In this document: positions 1 through 10,062 of the stretch, piece after piece
Numbering within the stretch: the first letter of the stretch is position 1
How the letters are laid out: the number at the start of each line of letters is the position of its first letter
DNA from: Prevotellamassilia sp.
GTDB taxonomy: Bacteria > Bacteroidota > Bacteroidia > Bacteroidales > Bacteroidaceae
Direction of reading: 5' to 3'
Assembly (NCBI GenBank): GCA_009775705.1
Contig: VSQE01000004.1
Location: 3,838-67,837 of the forward strand
DNA: 64,000 nt
Made by a program: the position numbers and the translations under genes
The notes under the pieces: generated by a model
Databases searched by the model: none
Told to the model about the DNA's origin: nothing
Seen by the model: the letters and a program-made list of their open reading frames with translations, nothing else

Positions 1-1
1 T

Positions 2-709
2 CAGAGTATGAATGAGGAGATCCGGACAATCAAGTCTTCTATCAGCCATGCAAGCACCATAAAGATAGACTTCCATTCTTCCACTCTCCATTTTGGACGA
101 AAGATGATAGAGGCAAAAGGGATTAACTTCGCTTATGCCGGAATGCCACCATTGTGGGAGCAGGGTTTGGATCTCATCGTTTACAGCGGAGAGCGCATAA
201 AACTGACAGGCGCCAACGGAAGCGGTAAAAGCACATTGCTTGAATTGATGGCGGGGTTAAGAAATCCAACGGAAGGGTCTATTTGCAGGGCCGACAACCT
301 GAACTATGTCTATCTGGACCAGGAATACTCCTTTCTTCGGAACGACCGGACCATTCTGGAACAAATCACTGAATTCGGCACAGCCATGCAAGAGCATGAG
401 ATAAAGACATGCCTGAACCGTTTCCTGTTCACACAACAAATGTGGGATAAGAAATGCGCTTGCCTGAGTGGCGGTGAAAGAATGCGACTGGCACTTTGTT
501 GCCTGATGGTAAGCAGCAATACGCCGGACATAATCATTGCGGACGAGCCTACCAACAACATAGACATTGTGAACGTTGACTTACTGAGTTCCATCTTGAA
601 AGAATATCATGGAACCTTGATTGTAGTCAGTCATGACACCACTTTTGTGAGTGAACTTTCCATTGGAAAAGAGATTTCTTTGATAAAATCCAGTGCATAT
701 TCTTCCTGA
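2..709 (+). CDS. ABC-F type ATP-binding cassette protein, C-terminal ABC domain (5' end outside window)
   Basis: Frame open to window edge; Walker A GANGSGKST, signature LSGGERMRL, Walker B IIIADEPTNNID, H-loop VVSHD. Confidence 0.8.
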   Translation, partial: QSMNEEIRTIKSSISHASTIKIDFHSSTLHFGRKMIEAKGINFAYAGMPPLWEQGLDLIVYSGERIKLTGANGSGKSTLLELMAGLRNPTEGSICRADNLNYVYLDQEYSFLRNDRTILEQITEFGTAMQEHEIKTCLNRFLFTQQMWDKKCACLSGGERMRLALCCLMVSSNTPDIIIADEPTNNIDIVNVDLLSSILKEYHGTLIVVSHDTTFVSELSIGKEISLIKSSAYSS

Positions 710-778
710 TTTCTCCATGAGGCGGATCATCCTCAGAACCTGTGTATTCAGGTCCTGAGGATTTAAACGACCCGTCGG

Positions 779-1675
779 TTACAGGATGCTTCCAAGCAGA
801 CTGTGCGGCAGTTCAGGCATGGCTCCACTCTGCGTACATACATAAGCGGATACGTTTACGGCCAACCGATGTGCTTCCCCAACCGTCTTACCCTTTAACA
901 AGGCAGAGATAAAGGCAGCGGTAAACGAATCTCCCGCACCGACCGTATCGGCAACTTCCACCTGCGGGGTTTCTACAAACGAAACATCCCCGGGCGTGAA
1001 TACGTAACTGCCGTTTATACCGCAAGTAAGGATAAGTATCTCCAATTCATATTCCGCAAGCAGAATCCGGCATTTTTCCAGCAAATCCACCTCCGGATAT
1101 CCGAACATACGGCTGATCGTAACCAGTTCCTCATCATTTATTTTCAAAATATTGCAACGCTGCATGGCATTACAGATGATTTCCTGGGTGTAGAAACCTT
1201 GCCTGAGGTTGATATCAAATATCTTGTATTGTCCCTTGCCGTCGGGCATGGCATCCAAAAAGGAATTGATAGTCTCGCGGGACACGACGTTGCGCTGGGC
1301 CAAGGAGCCATAGCAAACGGCACATGTATTCCTGGCAAGCCGGTAAAGCCGTTCCGTAAACGGAATATTGTCCCACGCCACATTTTCTTTAATATCATAG
1401 CAAGGCACTCCCGCGCCATCAACCAGGACTTGTACCGTGCCGGTGGGACAGGGCACTTTTTCCATCAGGACATTCAACTCCTTGCTACGGAAAGTCTCCA
1501 TAATCTCATTTCCCAATTTGTCATCTCCAATGGCACTTACCACCAGGCTTTGCAAACCGAACTGTGACACGTGGTAAGCAAAATTTGCCGGAGCGCCACC
1601 AATTTTCTTCCCATCGGGAAGCACATCCCACAAAGCCTCACCAATCCCTACAACATAATTCTCTTTTGCTCTCAT
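779..1675 (-). CDS. PfkB-family carbohydrate kinase (fructokinase-like)
   Basis: Start moved to the internal ATG at 1675 (MRAKENYVVGIGEALWD); GGAPANFA and C-terminal DTVGAGDSFTAAF PfkB motifs. Confidence 0.8.
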   Translation of the reverse strand: MRAKENYVVGIGEALWDVLPDGKKIGGAPANFAYHVSQFGLQSLVVSAIGDDKLGNEIMETFRSKELNVLMEKVPCPTGTVQVLVDGAGVPCYDIKENVAWDNIPFTERLYRLARNTCAVCYGSLAQRNVVSRETINSFLDAMPDGKGQYKIFDINLRQGFYTQEIICNAMQRCNILKINDEELVTISRMFGYPEVDLLEKCRILLAEYELEILILTCGINGSYVFTPGDVSFVETPQVEVADTVGAGDSFTAAFISALLKGKTVGEAHRLAVNVSAYVCTQSGAMPELPHSLLGSIL

Positions 1676-1720
1676 AGCGATAATTTTCAAGTTGAAGTTT
1701 TTCGAAACCTGTTGCAAAGG

Positions 1721-1771
1721 AAATAAAAAATTTCCGCAGGGCTTCCAGCGCAACAGAATACCCTGCGGAAA
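1721..1771 (-). terminator. intrinsic terminator after ilvC
   Basis: 11-bp stem TTTCCGCAGGG/CCCTGCGGAAA followed on the minus strand by TTTTTTATTT. Confidence 0.6.
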
Positions 1772-1841
1772 AGAAAGGGAAATCAAAGAAATCCGTTTCT
1801 TTCCGCAGGGCAGGTATGTTCCATACGGTACGCGGTAGCAA

Positions 1842-2885
1842 TCAATTATTCTCGGGACGGAGCTTTCTGACCGTCTCGGCAGTACGCCACATCTCGCTCT
1901 CGCGCAGGGCCTTCAGCTCTTCTTCGAGCTTGTCCCTATAGTCAGGTTTGGAGTTGCTGTCAATGGAGATCTGTGCCTCGTTACCGGTCACCACGCTCTG
2001 ATAAAGCTGCTGCATCACGGGCTTCACGGCATCGTGAAACGGGGTCATCCAGTCAAGGGCACCACGTTGCGCCGTGGTGGAGCAGTTGGCATACATCCAG
2101 TCCATACCTTTGGCCGCGAAAAGAGGCATAAGGCTTTGTGTCAGTTCCTCCACCGTCTCGTTAAAAGCCTCGGAAGGAGTATGTCCGTTCTCACGCAACA
2201 CCTCATACTGGGCCAGCAACAGTCCCTGTATGGCACCCATGAGCGAACCGCGCTCTCCGGTGAGGTCGCTCGTGGCCTCGCGCTTGAAGGTAGTCTCGAA
2301 CAGATAGCCGGACCCGATGCCTATACCGAAAGCAATGACTTTTTCGAGGGCATGTCCCGTAGCATCCTGATACACGGCATAAGAGGAGTTCAGGCCGCGG
2401 CCTTCAAGAAACATGGTGCGGAGGCTTGTGCCCGATCCTTTGGGAGCGACCATGATGACGTCGATGTCTGCCGGAGGCACCACTCCGGTACGGTCGCTCC
2501 AGTTGATAGCGAATCCGTGGGAAAAATACAAAGTCTTTCCGGCAGAGAGATGCGGCTTGACAGAGGGCCACAGCTGCATCTGCGCGGCATCGCTCAACAG
2601 CATGCAGATAATTGTTCCACGCTCGGCCGCCTCTTCAAGCGAGAAGAGCGTCTCTCCGGGCACCCAGCCGTCGGCAACGGCTTTCTCGTAAGTTTTTCCC
2701 TGACGCTGACCCACAATCACATTGAAACCGTTGTCACGGAGATTGCAGGCCTGTCCCGGCCCCTGCACACCATAGCCAAGTACTGCTATCGTTTCATTTT
2801 TCAGGACTTCGCGCGCTTTTTCAAGCGGAAATTCCTCGCGTGTCATGACTTCCTCTATGACACCGCCAAAATTCATTTTTGCCAT
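1842..2885 (-). CDS. ilvC: ketol-acid reductoisomerase
   Basis: 347 aa; Rossmann GYGVQGPGQACNLRDNG; full-length class I IlvC-like sequence. Confidence 0.95.
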   Translation of the reverse strand: MAKMNFGGVIEEVMTREEFPLEKAREVLKNETIAVLGYGVQGPGQACNLRDNGFNVIVGQRQGKTYEKAVADGWVPGETLFSLEEAAERGTIICMLLSDAAQMQLWPSVKPHLSAGKTLYFSHGFAINWSDRTGVVPPADIDVIMVAPKGSGTSLRTMFLEGRGLNSSYAVYQDATGHALEKVIAFGIGIGSGYLFETTFKREATSDLTGERGSLMGAIQGLLLAQYEVLRENGHTPSEAFNETVEELTQSLMPLFAAKGMDWMYANCSTTAQRGALDWMTPFHDAVKPVMQQLYQSVVTGNEAQISIDSNSKPDYRDKLEEELKALRESEMWRTAETVRKLRPENN

Positions 2886-2911
2886 TTTCTGCTTTATTTA
2901 ATTGTTTGATA

Positions 2912-3664
2912 CTATGATTCGTCCGGATTCCTAAAAGTAACTTCACAACGTGCCACGACATCCCCACTCTCCTTGCGGATCTCAGCAACAACGATACCGC
3001 CGGCCTTCTCTTCCTTATATATATGGAGCCTATCTCCAAGATAGGCTTCCGTGCAATAGGCAGTCTCAATACGTTTCACTCCTCCCCTCTCATAATACTC
3101 GCGGGGAAAGAGATCCAACACCATCTCTATGTAACGGATGGAATTGACATGGCCGTTGATATCCAGATCGCTGTAACAGGCGGAGAGGCTACGCACCGAA
3201 TCGTCGCTCTTCACACGAATGCGACCGGGTCCCTTGATCGGGATGCCGCGCCCGTCCACGGCAAACAAAGCACCGCCCTGCGAAAGCGCGGCGAGGTCCG
3301 CCGGCTCACGGCTGTCCATGTCGATAAGCGCCCAGACGCTGTATGCATACCCGTAAACACGTCCTTCGTCACCGGTGACGGAGAAGAAACGGTCGGTAAA
3401 CTGACGGTAGACTTTCGATACCCACGTCTCGATGGTATAACGTTCTCCGGTACGCGGCATGTCGTCCAGTTCAACGACCAGCCGGGAAAGCACCCACACG
3501 TGACGGCTCCGCTGCATCTCGTCGAACCCGAATCCGTGGGCGCCGGCATGAAGGCTGGCACATCGCAACAACTGGTTTCCGAGGAAGCGCCAAGACAAAC
3601 AACCGGTAAAGTCTTCCGAAAAAGGCTCTACGACAAAAGGAAATTTTCCTGCATTCCGATTCAT
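2912..3664 (-). CDS. acyl-ACP thioesterase family protein
   Basis: 250 aa resembling acyl-[ACP] thioesterases (double hotdog). It sits between ilvN and ilvC, as in Bacteroides ilv operons. Confidence 0.75.
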   Translation of the reverse strand: MNRNAGKFPFVVEPFSEDFTGCLSWRFLGNQLLRCASLHAGAHGFGFDEMQRSRHVWVLSRLVVELDDMPRTGERYTIETWVSKVYRQFTDRFFSVTGDEGRVYGYAYSVWALIDMDSREPADLAALSQGGALFAVDGRGIPIKGPGRIRVKSDDSVRSLSACYSDLDINGHVNSIRYIEMVLDLFPREYYERGGVKRIETAYCTEAYLGDRLHIYKEEKAGGIVVAEIRKESGDVVARCEVTFRNPDES

Positions 3665-3682
3665 ACGTTCTTTCCTCCCCTC

Positions 3683-4249
3683 TTATTGCTGTTGTCCTAC
3701 ATTCCGCAAGCGGAACTCTTCCTCGCGAAGTTCGAGAAACTCGCTGAGTTCCTCACGCCGGCTCTTCGTCACCGCCACGACACCGCTGCTCACATATTGC
3801 AACAGGCAGCCGTATTCCTTCAGTTTGCGGTAGAGTTCAAGAATCTCTCCGGGAAGCCCCTCCTTCGAGACGATGCTGTACGTAGGGTTCACCTCCACTA
3901 TTTTTCCATCATGCAGACGGATGGCCTTGGAAATATTCTTGTTCTCAAGCAACCGTGAAGTGGCGATCTTATACAAGGCCTGCTCCATCACATAGATCTC
4001 ATCGCTCGTAAAATACTGTGCCTGGATCACGTCGATTTTCTTCTCGATCTGCCGGGTCACAGTGCGTATGGCGGCCTCGTCCGTCCAGCAGGTGATTGTA
4101 TAACGATGCACCTTTTCTATCCCCGAGGCCGAAACATTGAGGCTTTCGATGTTGAGCTGCCGACGCGTGAAAACGTTGGTGATCTGATTGAGCACACCGG
4201 CCAAATTTTCGGAAAATATGATGAGCGTATATAATGTCTTTTCTTCCAT
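3683..4249 (-). CDS. ilvN: acetolactate synthase small (regulatory) subunit
   Basis: N-terminal ACT domain LIIFSENLAGVLNQITNVFTRRQLNIESL; directly downstream of ilvB. Confidence 0.9.
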   Translation of the reverse strand: MEEKTLYTLIIFSENLAGVLNQITNVFTRRQLNIESLNVSASGIEKVHRYTITCWTDEAAIRTVTRQIEKKIDVIQAQYFTSDEIYVMEQALYKIATSRLLENKNISKAIRLHDGKIVEVNPTYSIVSKEGLPGEILELYRKLKEYGCLLQYVSSGVVAVTKSRREELSEFLELREEEFRLRNVGQQQ

Positions 4250-4300
4250 AAGCGAAAACTTCTATCTTGTTCTATTGAACTCCTCCGGAACGGATATGCC

Positions 4301-6013
4301 TCAGCGGGAGGCTTCCGGAATTTCGAGGATCATGTCATCCACATCGTTGCCGGGGCAGCACATCGGAAGGACATTGTCCTCTTCCATCACGGCAGCCTGC
4401 AACAGGAACGGTCCGGGGGCGGCAAGCATTTCGCCCACGGCGCTCTCCAATTCGCTCCGCTCCGTCACGGTACGGACAGGAATCCGATAAGCCTCGGCAA
4501 TCTTCTCATAATCAGGATTCATCATCGGCGTGAAGGAATAGCGACGGCGGAAAAACAACTGCTGCCACTGGCGCACATTGCCCAGATAGTTGTTGTTCAG
4601 AAGTATGATTTTCACCGGAGCACCCTGTTCCATCACCGTACCCAGTTCCTCTATCGTCATTTGCAGCCCGCCATCGCCCAGAAACAGGCATACCGTGCGT
4701 TCGGGAGCGCCGAATGTGGCGCCAATGGCCGCCGGCAGACCGAACCCCATCGTTCCCATGCCTCCCGACGTGACAATACTGCGGTTCTGCGTAAACTTGA
4801 AATAGCGGGCGGAAAACATCTGATTCTGCCCCACATCGGTGACAAGAACCGCCCGATTGCGCGACATCTCCGTCACCTTGCGTACCACCTCGGCCATCCG
4901 GAGCGGCCCTTCCGAAGGATGGATCTGCGGTTCGATGACCCGCCGGTTCTCTTCCTCGTCATGCGGTCTGAAAGTCTCGCGCCAGGCGTTGTGCTCCTGC
5001 TGTTGCAGCAAGGCGGTGACGGCGGCCAGCGTCTCCTTACAGTCGCCCGGAACCGCCACATCTACCCTGACATTCTTGTTGAACTCCGAAAGGTCGATGT
5101 CGAAATGTATCTTACGGGCCTGCGCCGCATACGTAGACAAGCGCCCTGTGATACGGTCGTCAAAACGCATACCCACGGCAATGAGCAAATCACATTTCTG
5201 CGTCTGCCTGTTCGCCCCGAGACTGCCGTGCATACCCAGCATGCCCACATTCAGCGGGTGGTCCGAAGGCAAGGCCGACAGACCGAGCAACGTACAGCCG
5301 GCCGGCATTCCCGCCTTCTCGATGAAAGCCCGCAGTTCGTTCTGAGCGTTGCCAAGCTCCACTCCCTGCCCCACCAGCACCAGCGGGCGCTCAGCTGCGT
5401 TGATCAGTTCGGCAGCAGCACGAACGGCCGCCCTGTCCATCTTCGGAACCGGCACATAGCTGCGGATAAAATCTATATGAGCCGGAACATATTCGGCCAT
5501 TTCCATCTGGGCGTTTTTCGCAAAATCCAGCACCACGGGGCCGGGACGGCCGCTGCGGGCAATATAGAAAGCACGGCTCACGGCCCATGCCACATCAGCA
5601 GCGGAACGGATCTGGTAGGACCATTTACAAATAGGCTGCGTAATGTCTACCACGTCGCACTCCTGAAAAGCATCGGACCCGAGCATCTGCACTCCCACCT
5701 GGCCGGTAATGACCACAATGGGCGTACTATCCATCATAGCATCTGCAATGCCGGTGATGGTATTGGTAGCACCGGGACCGCTCGTAACGAGACATACTCC
5801 GACGCGACCGCTCACACGGGCATATCCTTCCGCCGCATGGGCCGCAGCCTGTTCATGCCGCACAAGCACATGGTTCAGCCGGTCGCGATAATCATACAAC
5901 GCATCGTAAACCGGCATGATGGCTCCGCCGGGATAGCCGAAAAGCGTTTCCACGCCTTCGTCCACCAGCGAGCGCATCAGTATTTCCGCACCGGAAATGA
6001 TATTCTGGTTCAT
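4301..6013 (-). CDS. ilvB: acetolactate synthase large subunit (ThDP-dependent)
   Basis: 570 aa; ThDP motif GDGGLQMTIEELGT...LLNNNYLG. Confidence 0.95.
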   Translation of the reverse strand: MNQNIISGAEILMRSLVDEGVETLFGYPGGAIMPVYDALYDYRDRLNHVLVRHEQAAAHAAEGYARVSGRVGVCLVTSGPGATNTITGIADAMMDSTPIVVITGQVGVQMLGSDAFQECDVVDITQPICKWSYQIRSAADVAWAVSRAFYIARSGRPGPVVLDFAKNAQMEMAEYVPAHIDFIRSYVPVPKMDRAAVRAAAELINAAERPLVLVGQGVELGNAQNELRAFIEKAGMPAGCTLLGLSALPSDHPLNVGMLGMHGSLGANRQTQKCDLLIAVGMRFDDRITGRLSTYAAQARKIHFDIDLSEFNKNVRVDVAVPGDCKETLAAVTALLQQQEHNAWRETFRPHDEEENRRVIEPQIHPSEGPLRMAEVVRKVTEMSRNRAVLVTDVGQNQMFSARYFKFTQNRSIVTSGGMGTMGFGLPAAIGATFGAPERTVCLFLGDGGLQMTIEELGTVMEQGAPVKIILLNNNYLGNVRQWQQLFFRRRYSFTPMMNPDYEKIAEAYRIPVRTVTERSELESAVGEMLAAPGPFLLQAAVMEEDNVLPMCCPGNDVDDMILEIPEASR

Positions 6014-6037
6014 AAACAGATGTTTTTACAATATACC

Positions 6038-7843
6038 TCAGTCAACAATTCTCACTCCACCCTTATCCGCGCTCGATACCATCGAGGCATACGCACGCAG
6101 GGCTTTCGATACCGTCCGCACACGCTGAAGCGGTCTCATGGGACGGGCCGACAGTTTCTCCTCGGTAAGGCGTACATTGATGGAACGGGCGGGAATATCA
6201 ATATCTATGATGTCGCCGTCCAGAATCTTGCCGATCTCTCCTCCCGCGGCAGCCTCGGGCGAGACGTGTCCGATGCTCAACCCCGAGGTTCCACCCGAAA
6301 AACGTCCGTCCGTCACAAGGGCACAGGCTTTTCCCAGATGACGGCTCTTCAGATAGGATGTGGGGTATAGCATTTCCTGCATTCCGGGACCACCCTTAGG
6401 CCCCTCATGCGTAATCACCACAACATCGCCGTCCTTCACCGTGCCGTCCAGAATACCCTCGCAGGCAGCCTCCTGGGAATCAAAAACACGGGCAGGCCCG
6501 CTGAAACGCAGGATATCCGCATCCACGCCCGCCGTCTTGACCACACAGCCATGGCGCGCTATATTCCCCGAGAGAACCGCCAGCCCGCCATCGCGGGAAT
6601 AGGCATGCTCCACATCACGGATGCAGCCTTCCGTCCGGTCTTTGTCGAGCGAAGGCCAGCAATTCTCCTGACTGCCCATCCGCGTCGAGAAACAGCCTCC
6701 CGGCGCGCTGCCATAGATACGGCGGGCCTCGGGCGAAGGCTCACCTACACATATATTATATAAGGCGATGTCCTCGCCAAGCGTATGTCCGTTGACACGG
6801 CGCACCGATGTATCCAACAGACCGGCCTGCGCCAGTTCTCCCATAATGCCCAGCACTCCGCCCGCACGGTTGCATTCCTGTACGGAATACTTCTGCGTGT
6901 TGGGAGCAAGTTTGCAAAGAAACGGCACACGACGGCTCAGCATATCCATGTCCGGCATGCTGAAGTCTGCCTCCGCCTCATTGGCCACTGCCAGCAAATG
7001 AAGCACGGTATTGGTGGAGCCGCCCATCGCTATGTCGAGTGCCATGGCATTGAGAAAAGCCGCCCGCGTGGCAATGCTGCGGGGCAGCACACTTTCATCG
7101 CCTTCGTCATAGTAGCGGAAGGCGTTCTTCACAATCAGGCGCGCGGCATCTTCGAAAAGCCGCCGCCGGTTGACGTGCGTGGCCAACACGGTGCCGTTAC
7201 CGGGCAGAGAGAGACCCAATGCCTCGGTCAGGCAGTTCATAGAATTGGCCGTAAACATACCCGAGCAGGATCCGCAACCGGGACAAGCGCAATGCTCCAG
7301 TTTTTCCAGTTCAGCATCGCTCACACCTTCATCGGCTCCTTTTACCATCGCCGTCACAAGGTCCGCATTCTCTCCGTTCCACCGGCCGGCCTCCATCGGC
7401 CCGCCACTGACAAACACCACGGGAATATTGAGCCGCATGGCTGCCATCAGCATTCCCGGAGTGATCTTGTCGCAGTTGGAGATACACACCAGCGCATCAG
7501 CCTTGTGCGCGTTGACCATATATTCCACGGAGTCGGCAATAAGATCACGCGACGGGAGCGAATAGAGCATGCCGTCATGCCCCATCGCGATACCGTCATC
7601 TATGGCAATCGTGTTGAACTCGGCGGCATAACAGCCCAGTTTCTCTATCTCCTGCTTTACGAGCTGTCCCGCTTCGTGAAGATGCGTATGCCCGGGCACA
7701 AACTGCGTAAATGAATTGGCAATGGCTATAATCGGCCGACCGAACTGTTCGCGCTTCATGCCTGCGGCCACCCACAAAGCGCGGGCACCGGCCATACGAC
7801 GTCCCTCCGTGCAGAACGCACTGCGTAATCCTATTCTTTTCAT
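6038..7843 (-). CDS. ilvD: dihydroxy-acid dehydratase
   Basis: Start moved to the ATG at 7843 ([24 protein letters not shown]); [14 protein letters not shown] motif. Confidence 0.95.
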   Translation of the reverse strand: MKRIGLRSAFCTEGRRMAGARALWVAAGMKREQFGRPIIAIANSFTQFVPGHTHLHEAGQLVKQEIEKLGCYAAEFNTIAIDDGIAMGHDGMLYSLPSRDLIADSVEYMVNAHKADALVCISNCDKITPGMLMAAMRLNIPVVFVSGGPMEAGRWNGENADLVTAMVKGADEGVSDAELEKLEHCACPGCGSCSGMFTANSMNCLTEALGLSLPGNGTVLATHVNRRRLFEDAARLIVKNAFRYYDEGDESVLPRSIATRAAFLNAMALDIAMGGSTNTVLHLLAVANEAEADFSMPDMDMLSRRVPFLCKLAPNTQKYSVQECNRAGGVLGIMGELAQAGLLDTSVRRVNGHTLGEDIALYNICVGEPSPEARRIYGSAPGGCFSTRMGSQENCWPSLDKDRTEGCIRDVEHAYSRDGGLAVLSGNIARHGCVVKTAGVDADILRFSGPARVFDSQEAACEGILDGTVKDGDVVVITHEGPKGGPGMQEMLYPTSYLKSRHLGKACALVTDGRFSGGTSGLSIGHVSPEAAAGGEIGKILDGDIIDIDIPARSINVRLTEEKLSARPMRPLQRVRTVSKALRAYASMVSSADKGGVRIVD

Positions 7844-7891
7844 TCCGGTGGTATTTTTATTATATGTCAGTGAAATGAGAATATATAGCTG

Positions 7892-7909
7892 CAAATGTAA
7901 GCAAAAATA
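7892..7909 (-). promoter_or_regulatory. candidate sigma-A -7 boxes for the ilv operon
   Basis: Minus strand reads TATTTTTG and TACATTTG (TAnnTTTG consensus), 50-65 nt upstream of the ilvD ATG. Confidence 0.4.
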
Positions 7910-8114
7910 CGCAGAACACAAACAAAACGAAACATAAAAAGAAAAAAACAGTATCCGGCAAACTGTCCTGGCAAACTATCCGCCAATACATACTGATGTT
8001 TTATCCACAGGCATTCCCTTCTCCATAAAACCACGGAACACTAAACGGAAATTGCAATTCCGCTCTTACGGGATGCCCCGAACAGTCAACCGACATAAGG
8101 AATACACATCAGAA

Positions 8115-8177
8115 TTTTTACAGGCCTTGTAAAACTTTTTACATGCCTTGTAAAAGTTTTTACACGCCTTGTAAAAA
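8115..8177. repeat. 3 x 21-bp tandem palindromic repeat (TTTTTACA-N-GCCTTGTAAAA)
   Basis: Units lie at 8115-8135, 8136-8156 and 8157-8177 and differ only at the N position and the last base. The same unit recurs at 45480-45565. Confidence 0.9.
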
Positions 8178-8221
8178 AATGACGAGGGGGGGGAATATTA
8201 TAATTGCCGCCCCATACCCCC

Positions 8222-8269
8222 AAAAAAGTTCCACATGCCCTGCGTACCCTTACGCAAGGCATGTGGAAC
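8222..8269 (-). terminator. intrinsic terminator after the nuclease gene
   Basis: Arms GTTCCACATGCC(C)TGCGTA / TACGCA(A)GGCATGTGGAAC, loop CCCT, then TTTTTT on the minus strand. Confidence 0.75.
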
Positions 8270-8297
8270 ACCATTTATTACAGCGGTGGCAGCTATT

Positions 8298-10019
8298 CTA
8301 TCTCACCAGCACTTTCGTTCCGCCCACTACGTAGATACCGCGGGGCAGGCCTTTCAAAGCCTTCTCCACCGGCACCCGACTACGCACCATCCGGCCGTCG
8401 AGCGTGAGCACATCCACCCTGCCTTCGCCTGCAAAAGGAAGGGAAATACCGGTAATGTCGCGCTGCGAAACATAGAGCGACACATCCTGCTGGCTGCCGG
8501 TATAGCAGGCAAAACGGGGCGAAGAAGCATTATACTGAATGCGTCTGTCCGTATATTTTGCATTATAGATAGGAGTGAAGCCCCCACTGAAAGTAACGGT
8601 CCACTGTGCCTCTTCCGCACTGTTGTCCGTTGCCGTATGCAGTTTGTTTGCCGATGAGGTCAGGGCCAGATAGCAACCCGATGCAGCATCGTGGAACGAA
8701 TACTTTCCGCCGGCCTCTACCAACGTGAGCGCATACGGATATCCCTCACTGCCTGTCGCAGTCACGACACGGTTGTCCGAAACCGTCACCTCGGCATAAC
8801 TGCGGATGTCCTTACCCTGCCCCGAAAGGGCACGTCCGTATTTCTCGCACACGATGATATACTTCGCACCGTTCACGAGCTGTGAGTGATCTGTCACCTT
8901 AACATAGACACCTTCGCCCTCTTCACCGCCGGAAGCTACGGTATAGTTGGCCGTAACACTTTCGCTTTCCTTGTCTCCCAGAACGGCGCGGGCTGTTACC
9001 GTTGTGGTCTCGTCAATAACAAGACTGACAGGCGGATAGAGCACCTGTTCCTCGCCGTTGTTCACACTGAAACAAATGTAAGCACCTTGCGTGGGACACG
9101 AAACAGTCACAGTGGTACCAGCCTCGACCACTCCCGATACGGGCGAGAAAACAGGGGCCTGCACTTCGGTTCCGGGCACATCGGGGTTTCCACCGCCTCC
9201 CTCATAATTGTCAGGATCGAAGGCCGTAGAGGTCTTGCTGCCCCAGACGTATTGTTCCAGACCGGGATAGTCGATATAGGGATTGCGGTTGTGCTGTATG
9301 CCGTAGACGGCATTGTTGCGGTCAATTTCCTTCTGGCTGACGGGATCTTCCTCTGCCCATTTCAGAAGCAGACGGATGGCCCATTCGGTATAGGCTGGAT
9401 ATCTGTTTCCGGCCAGCATCGGACTGTTCCAGCCGGCTATGAGATTCTCGTAGCAGGTAGCCATATAGAAATAGGTACGCGCGAAGTCGCCCTTGTATTC
9501 ATCGGCCGGCTCAAAGACCGTACCGCTGTAGCCTGCAACCGAGCTGGGGCCGAGCTTGCTGTGACCGCCGCTGGAAGTCCAGGTGGGATTTTTGGTCTCG
9601 CCGAAGGGATAATTGCTGCGCCGGCCGTTGACATATCCGTCGGTGGGATAGAGATGGAAAAGGTCGGTGTACATGGGTTTGGCATCGTCGAACCAACTCT
9701 TCGGGAAGGAGTGCTCGCGGTTGTATACATCTCCTTCGCGCTTGTAGTTTCCGGCCTGATCGTTGCCGAACGTGTAGTTGGTGATGGAAGAATACATGTC
9801 CCACACCTTGCCGTCGGCACGGGCATCGGTCTTGCGGAAATCCGTCCACAGGTTGTCATACGAACGAGCCGTGTGGTCGGTGATGATCGCATAGAGCGCA
9901 GTTTTCAGACTGCTTCCTTTCTTTCCTTTGGCCGGAGCATAATAGCCGGCCGGAGCTTGTGCGTGGAGCAAGACGGCCATGCAGACCAGACTCCACAGAA
10001 ACGAAAATCTTTTGTTCAT
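8298..10019 (-). CDS. secreted endonuclease I family nuclease with extra domains and T9SS-type C-terminal sorting domain
   Basis: Signal peptide [21 protein letters not shown]; Endonuclease_1 motifs [10 protein letters not shown] and [22 protein letters not shown]; C-terminal ~70 aa ending [13 protein letters not shown] resembles the Por/T9SS CTD. Confidence 0.75.
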   Translation of the reverse strand: MNKRFSFLWSLVCMAVLLHAQAPAGYYAPAKGKKGSSLKTALYAIITDHTARSYDNLWTDFRKTDARADGKVWDMYSSITNYTFGNDQAGNYKREGDVYNREHSFPKSWFDDAKPMYTDLFHLYPTDGYVNGRRSNYPFGETKNPTWTSSGGHSKLGPSSVAGYSGTVFEPADEYKGDFARTYFYMATCYENLIAGWNSPMLAGNRYPAYTEWAIRLLLKWAEEDPVSQKEIDRNNAVYGIQHNRNPYIDYPGLEQYVWGSKTSTAFDPDNYEGGGGNPDVPGTEVQAPVFSPVSGVVEAGTTVTVSCPTQGAYICFSVNNGEEQVLYPPVSLVIDETTTVTARAVLGDKESESVTANYTVASGGEEGEGVYVKVTDHSQLVNGAKYIIVCEKYGRALSGQGKDIRSYAEVTVSDNRVVTATGSEGYPYALTLVEAGGKYSFHDAASGCYLALTSSANKLHTATDNSAEEAQWTVTFSGGFTPIYNAKYTDRRIQYNASSPRFACYTGSQQDVSLYVSQRDITGISLPFAGEGRVDVLTLDGRMVRSRVPVEKALKGLPRGIYVVGGTKVLVR

Positions 10020-10062
10020 TGTATTGACTTATGAATATAAATGTTCTTATGGAAAACACGCC

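Noticed and set aside
8001-8009. Perfect DnaA box TTATCCACA near an AT-rich stretch and the 21-bp iteron-like repeats (possible oriC)
   Set aside because: Only one consensus box was found in 7850-8300 by eye, and a single 9-mer match is expected by chance in 64 kb. There is no dnaA or dnaN nearby and no cluster of boxes.
7844-8110. Leader-peptide attenuator for the ilv operon
   Set aside because: The candidate -7 boxes lie only ~50-65 nt from the ilvD ATG. No Ile/Leu/Val-rich mini-ORF or alternative terminator/antiterminator structure lies between them. The T-run near 7935-7950 lies upstream of the promoter.
8115-8177. The 21-bp repeats as a CRISPR array or as coding heptad repeats (FYxPCKxF appears in ORFs 8143-8334 and 45400-45834)
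   Set aside because: The units abut with no spacers, so they do not form a CRISPR array. The ORFs carrying the heptads have no start context, one overlaps coaX, and a 21-bp period keeps any frame open by construction.
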